64,000 nt of DNA from the NCBI GenBank assembly GCA_002269645.1, contig NIVC01000346.1, positions 186,001-250,000 on the forward strand. The letters are read 5' to 3'. The position numbers were made by a program, and so were the translations under genes. Under the pieces are notes generated by a model, which saw only the letters and a list, made by a program, of their open reading frames with translations, had not been told where the DNA came from and did no database searches. This document shows positions 58,477 to 64,000 of the stretch, piece by piece; the stretch's first letter is position 1, and each line of letters starts with the position of its first letter. Origin of the DNA: Macrostomum lignano (Eukaryota).

Positions 58477-59179
58477 GTAGACTGCAGTCAGGTACTCCGC
58501 TGCACCCACTGACCTCGGACACGGACCGGACACCGCCCATGATTGCCGGATTTCAACTCTGGGACTCAATCTGAATATTTGTAGTTGCTAACTATGTACT
58601 TTATTGTTGGCTGAAATATATAATATTAACTGCACTGGAATTAATTTTGTACCTGAACAAATTACTACCGACAAAAACTTAAATCTTTTTCGAGTTTTGA
58701 GTTCAAATTTTTTAATTCATTAGCATTGGTATATGCGGTCTAGAGACCCGCAGCTTTGATACATTCAAGCTGAGCAATTTACTCAGCTTTTCAAGTACTC
58801 ATTTACTAAGGCAAAACATTTGCATTGCAGCAAGCAATAAAATTTACATCCATTTTTTTATAACATCAGTGCAAAATGGGAAGACTTACTCGACATACAG
58901 AAAGTTTATTTAGCAGCAACGCTAAAATCGAAGGCTCATTTTAGGTATGGATCCAGCTAGTCACAAAATGACTCAGTAAAATCATGAGCTGGTGTGTAAA
59001 CTAATGAATAACAATTAGTGTTAGTGAAGTGAATTCTAGCTTTAAAAAACATGATCGAAAAAATGCATTTAATGGGAAGGGAGTAATACATTCCACACAA
59101 TTTAATAGTCTCTGATTGATGGAAAATGACAGAAGTCTCGCATCATGATTAAAACTTTCATTATACAAAACAAACGGAA

Positions 59180-59549
59180 ATGCACATGCGGCTCGCCTAT
59201 TTACATTGCCTCGCAACTAGGCCATCATGCTGTGTTTAATTTACTCTTAAAAGCGCAAGCAAACGTTAATCTGCAAACTGACACGAGGCTGTCTCCGCTC
59301 TTTATTGCGTCACAGAATGGTTACCATGAGCTGGTTGACTCACTCATAAACGCTCAAGCTGAAGTCAATGTCAAAGACTCCGAAGGCTGCACGCCAATCT
59401 ACATTGCGTCGCAGAACGGTCACTATGGCGTGGTGTTGTCCCTCGTCAGGGCTCATGCTGACTTTGAAGCGAGAACTGTTACGGGTGAGACTCCCCTTCT
59501 AATTGCAAGCGTCAATGGACATCACCGAGTTGCTGCCTTGCTTGAATAA
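59180..59549 (+). pseudogene. Ankyrin-repeat fragment (about 4 repeats), no clear start
   Basis: SPIYIASQLGH, SPLFIASQNGY, TPIYIASQNGH, TPLLIASVNGH at 33-aa spacing; stop inside the fourth repeat. Confidence 0.7.
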
Positions 59550-60489
59550 ACTATTCAGACACTGAACCAATTTACTGCCAAGTGCTACCGCTACAATTCC
59601 GCCTCTACAACATTTATTTGTCTTCGTTCGCTCTCGAGGCCACTACGACAACATCGTCACAATTTCCAGTTCTGGAACTCAAACCCCTGTCCCTCTTGTG
59701 TATGATCTGTGCACTATGTACTCTTTTTAGTGTACGATAATTTCTCTCCTTCTAGACAATTTTTTTTCACTCTCGTTTTTATCTGTATTTTTCCAATAAG
59801 CTCAATTATGTCTTTTTATCTCGCTCGATGCATTCTCTCATCTTTTAGCTGTTATTTTTATAGTTTAGGAATGAACTAATGGCCAAGGCGAGCCTCCACG
59901 CTGGCTCGCACAGAGGCCAGTATGGCCTTCTCCATCTCGTCAGCCTCACGAGCTGCACTGATTCCGGCACATCTGGTTGCCATGGGAACCGGGTTTGGAA
60001 TAATAGCTTAGTGTTCGAGGCTACAGGACAGTATACTGAAACACAAAGAATATTCAAGTTGCGATGTGCGAATTATGGCTTTTATTTGTCAAAATATTTC
60101 CGAATATTTGCATATTAAATAATGATACATTTACAGAGGCAGACTGTAGATTTAAAAAAAATTTACAGACAAAACTGATAAAATATTAACACTTGTATGG
60201 ATAAAAAATCCAACGATTTAGTCAAATTTAGTTTCTATTTTGATATGAGGTCACAGTATCATCAGAAAAACAACACTAGTCTAAATTTTATTTTACACAC
60301 TAGCTAACACAAACTTATTGGTAAAACTACTGATCAGTAATAATAAAGTTTATAATTAGATAAACAAGGAATGAAAGATGTGCAAGTGATAGATTCATGT
60401 TAAAAATTGTTTGTTAATGCAGTACTTCATGTATTTCATTGAAAAGTATTTTTTATTAGCAATTTCCATGCAAAATCGAAAATAACTTT

Positions 60490-60589
60490 ATTAAAACTTT
60501 TATTATACAAAAAACGGAAATGCACACGCGGCTCGCCTATTTACATTGCCTCGCAACTAGGCCATCATGCTGTGTTTAATTTACTCTTT
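60490..60589 (+). repeat. About 100-bp duplicate of 59148-59249
   Basis: TAAAACTTT..CGGAAATGCAC.CGCGGCTCGCCTATTTACATTGCCTCGCAACTAGGCCATCATGCTGTGTTTAATTTACTCTT at both sites. Confidence 0.85.
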
Positions 60590-62450
60590 ACTCTTAACTT
60601 TAAAATACATGTCAATGAAGAAAATAAAATACTAATGAGAGTCAATATTTAATAGAAGTTGAGAACAATATTATACAAATATAAAATACAGTGATGCAAA
60701 AACAGTTGCATAAATACAGCAAATACTATAATTTTAAAAAAACTTTAAAAGCCTAACAGATTGGCAAAACGATTTATTTTTAACCCCATATTTCCAGCGA
60801 AGTCAAAAAGCCGCCCATTATTTGCTTTACTAGCTATGCATTAAAACAAAAAGAAAAGCTATTAAATACCTTTATTCTTGTAGAACAAACTGTTTATCGC
60901 TCTCGTTTATTGAGATAAATAGGCAATTCTTTTCGTAAAATAAACACTACCCCTTCTCTCCATGTTTTTACGATTTATCAAACATCTCGTAATAGCTAAT
61001 GCTAGTCTGGTAGAATGCTTGATTTTCAAGTTCGAAATAATTTGTGATGCAGCCATGGAGGCCCAGGCTATCGCCCTATAATTCCATATTATTTTTCCTT
61101 TTTTTCTTCACTTTTTTATAGTTGGTGCTTTCCGGAAAAATCCTTGCACCTGAATAATATCTATTTGGAGATTAGGGGGGGGGGGTGTTGTTGGCTTGTC
61201 CATTCGGCAGATATCGATTTAAGACGGCTCGAACATTTTTATCACCAGCCTAATAGCACGGAGGGACTTTTTATGTTCGAATGTTCAAGGAAATATCCTG
61301 TATTAATTACTTCAGGGCATTGTGAGTCGTTCATGCACATGGTACATGTACATATGGTACATGCATACACGTAGCCAGCCACTATGTAAAAAAATCAACT
61401 AAAATTATGTTTAGATACGCTAGCTACCAAACGCTATTTTTAGCTCTTTTACTATATGTGCCTGGAAAATACATGGTAAAATAAACTGGCCTGATCCTAC
61501 CCGTAGCTATAGCTACACTACCATTGTAACTGTGTGTATCAAGTCTTTGTTAAAAATATTCTTTCACAGCAACGCCTGACAGTATTGCCATGCATAATTA
61601 TAGTATTGTGGCGGCCAGTATGTACGCGACCGGCAAGCACCAGTGCAGCCGCACTTGAAACCCCCAACCTCTGTCTATAGCTGACATGGGGGGTGGGTGC
61701 ACCAGATTACTCGTACATGCAGCCGGCTCGGTAAGCCGGGCAGGGGTTGGCGAAGTTTGTCACGCCATCTTTTCGCACCTCCCTAGGCCCCTCAATCTCG
61801 CGCTGTTTGTAAATATATAAATATACGCGCAAAGCTGCACAAAATCTTCGCTGCCATTCCATCTATTAAAATTAAAGGTCTTCCGCCTCACATTATGCAT
61901 AAATGCAGCAAAATTTTTATTCCCAATTTTAAACATTTACGTCGTACGCACATATAGTGTGCTGCAATCCCAGACAGTATGCATCATAGTTTATCGGCAG
62001 CTTTTAGCTCGCATGCAATAAAAGTTCGGTATTCAACAAATTAGTGCAGTATACATGTAGATGCCACGCACTTGGGCTACTTTCCCATTGCTTCGATCGT
62101 GCCTGCACAAAAAGGTCGCAGTTGCTGTGTGCGACAAAGTGCTTGCAAAAAAGCAAGGATGAAGGCTACATGTACATTTCCTGTAATGCTGATGTTTCCT
62201 TTCTGTCTTTCTCCGGAAAATTTGCCGCATCGCTGCGTAGAAAGCACTCTTCCAGCCTGCATCAGCACTTGCGAACAGGAAATAGAATTTTTGTTTTTTG
62301 GCTGTATATGAGTGGTAGCTGACTTGCCTTGGCTGCGGTATGGAGACCTGAACTAGAGGAAAAAGCATACGATTGCAAGGCAGCAACCTTCCCAGCGTTT
62401 AGTAACAGCAAAACAAAAACTAAAGCTGAAACAATGGTCTACGTTCTATA

Positions 62451-62631
62451 CGAGGGGTGTCCAAAAAGTAGTTCTGGGTATAACTTTTGTTTTCTGGTAT
62501 CAATTTTTAAAATTCAAAAAGCAGTCTGCAGAAGAAATTTTTCGCTATCAGTTCATAAAATTTTAAATCACAGGAAGCTTTAGAACGAGAGCTACGGTTA
62601 AAAGTATCACTACTTTTTGGACACCCGCTCG
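62451..62631. mobile_element. Mariner-derived MITE (181 bp)
   Basis: TA TSD; TIR CGAGGGGTGTCCAAAAAGTAG / CTACTTTTTGGACACCCGCTCG (1-nt insertion). Confidence 0.8.
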
Positions 62632-64000
62632 TAGCTCTAGCTTGCGGAGTCCATCAATTTCGGTTAGCCCGATGCGAGTGAATGCTAGAGAGGAATTGGG
62701 AATTCACTGGACAGTTTCAGCTGTTCCAAAACGAGCAGCGGCCCCATTGCTATTACACCCAATGTATAATATCATGATCATTATTCAATATCCAAAATGG
62801 TCAGACTACTGATGCAGACACGGCTGGATTTTGGACAAGGGCCAAAATAATCGGTCAAAATATCTTCATATATTCGTTCTCAGATTCCATGGCAAAAAGG
62901 AGTAAGAAAAGGCAGCAGGCAGTGAAACAGTAAGCATAAATTTAGAGTGAGAGCAGCCGGCTAGGAACGGGGTGCTGCGACAAGCAACTGTCAATCAGTC
63001 TACGTCCAGAATTCGGGACAGCCGTCGGCAACAAGGGTGATGCCAAGCAAATACCAGTAGTTTTAAATAAGCGCCTCGACATATTTTAGCTTGTTACAGC
63101 CCCCCCCCGTAGCCTATTTTAATAAGGTGGCTCAATACTGTGTTAAGTAGAGTCATAGTAATTTTATTGGGTTGCATTATATTACACTAAGTAACTATTT
63201 TTCTTAACTAAAGTCTAGTTTTGTCTAAGTAAAATTGCAGCAGCTTTAAAAAACCGTCAGCAAATACTCGCCGTTGGTCCTTATTCCTCAATCATACTGA
63301 AGTTCAGAATTTGCATACAAACATTTATAGCTGCAAATTCTGCGCCGAGAAAAAGTGCAATTGCTTGCAATTGATCCAAATCAAACCATTTTGTGACGTG
63401 AAAATCTAGAGAACAATCTTTAGTACATTTCGTTCTTTTCAGCGTCCTAAAATGAAAAAATGTAAATGATGGAACCAGCGCTTCGTTCCTAATCGAGGTT
63501 TGCATATATCGTTAGCGAAGACTAACATGTACGAAGTAAAAAAGTAACATGTACAAAGTGAACTCCAGCCAGCGGAAGCAGCTGTTTGAGAGAGAGCTCA
63601 GACAGACTTTATTGACACGGAAAATGGGATGATAGTAATCGGCAGTGTACAGCAATGTTTTTAGTACAACCGGTTGGTAGGCGATAGTCCCTGTGTCAGC
63701 GCAAACATAATAAATTTTGGCTTTAGAAATAATTATTATGAACGCAAATTTATAGTCATTTGCGATGCTGAGAATTTACGCGACTTTTAGCACTTTGGAG
63801 AAATGCGGCCAGCTCTGTACTTTTTTATATGCACGAGCAGGTGGTAGATCGATTTCTGAATATTCTCTTTTATGTCTGTCTCGGCAAGGACCAATCTAAC
63901 CACAGGTCTCTGAATAATTTAGACCCCTGCTACACCCTACAGATGTATTGAGTCATCGGATTAAGGGAAAAGATGAAATTCTTTATATGCGAGAGCATAG

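Overview
Repeat-rich animal (eukaryotic) genomic DNA with spliced genes. TTAGGG repeats, GC-rich exons and minisatellite-filled introns would fit a lophotrochozoan such as a free-living flatworm, but this is an inference only. The first 25.4 kb is one recent Ty3/Gypsy LTR retrotransposon (1777-25372, GTAT target-site duplication, 722-bp LTRs). It carries gag, a -1 frameshifted pol and an unexplained third ORF. Its 5' LTR is split by a 0.9-kb LINE fragment and by a 14-kb composite Helitron-like array with six left ends, one right end, telomeric repeats, GA-rich tracts and a 23-bp satellite. The rest holds nested hAT-type elements, a mariner relic with a related MITE, and a CORE-SINE. Host genes are a strongly reduced R-Smad-like gene (no linker, no SSXS tail, no DNA-binding hairpin), a secreted PAN-like gene with a frame break, a FAM166B-like exon, a PAN plus C-type lectin gene, a five-exon bestrophin with an altered Ca2+ clasp, a candidate amidated cationic antimicrobial-peptide precursor, and an ankyrin-repeat fragment. 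All family assignments come from motif recognition by eye; no searches were run.
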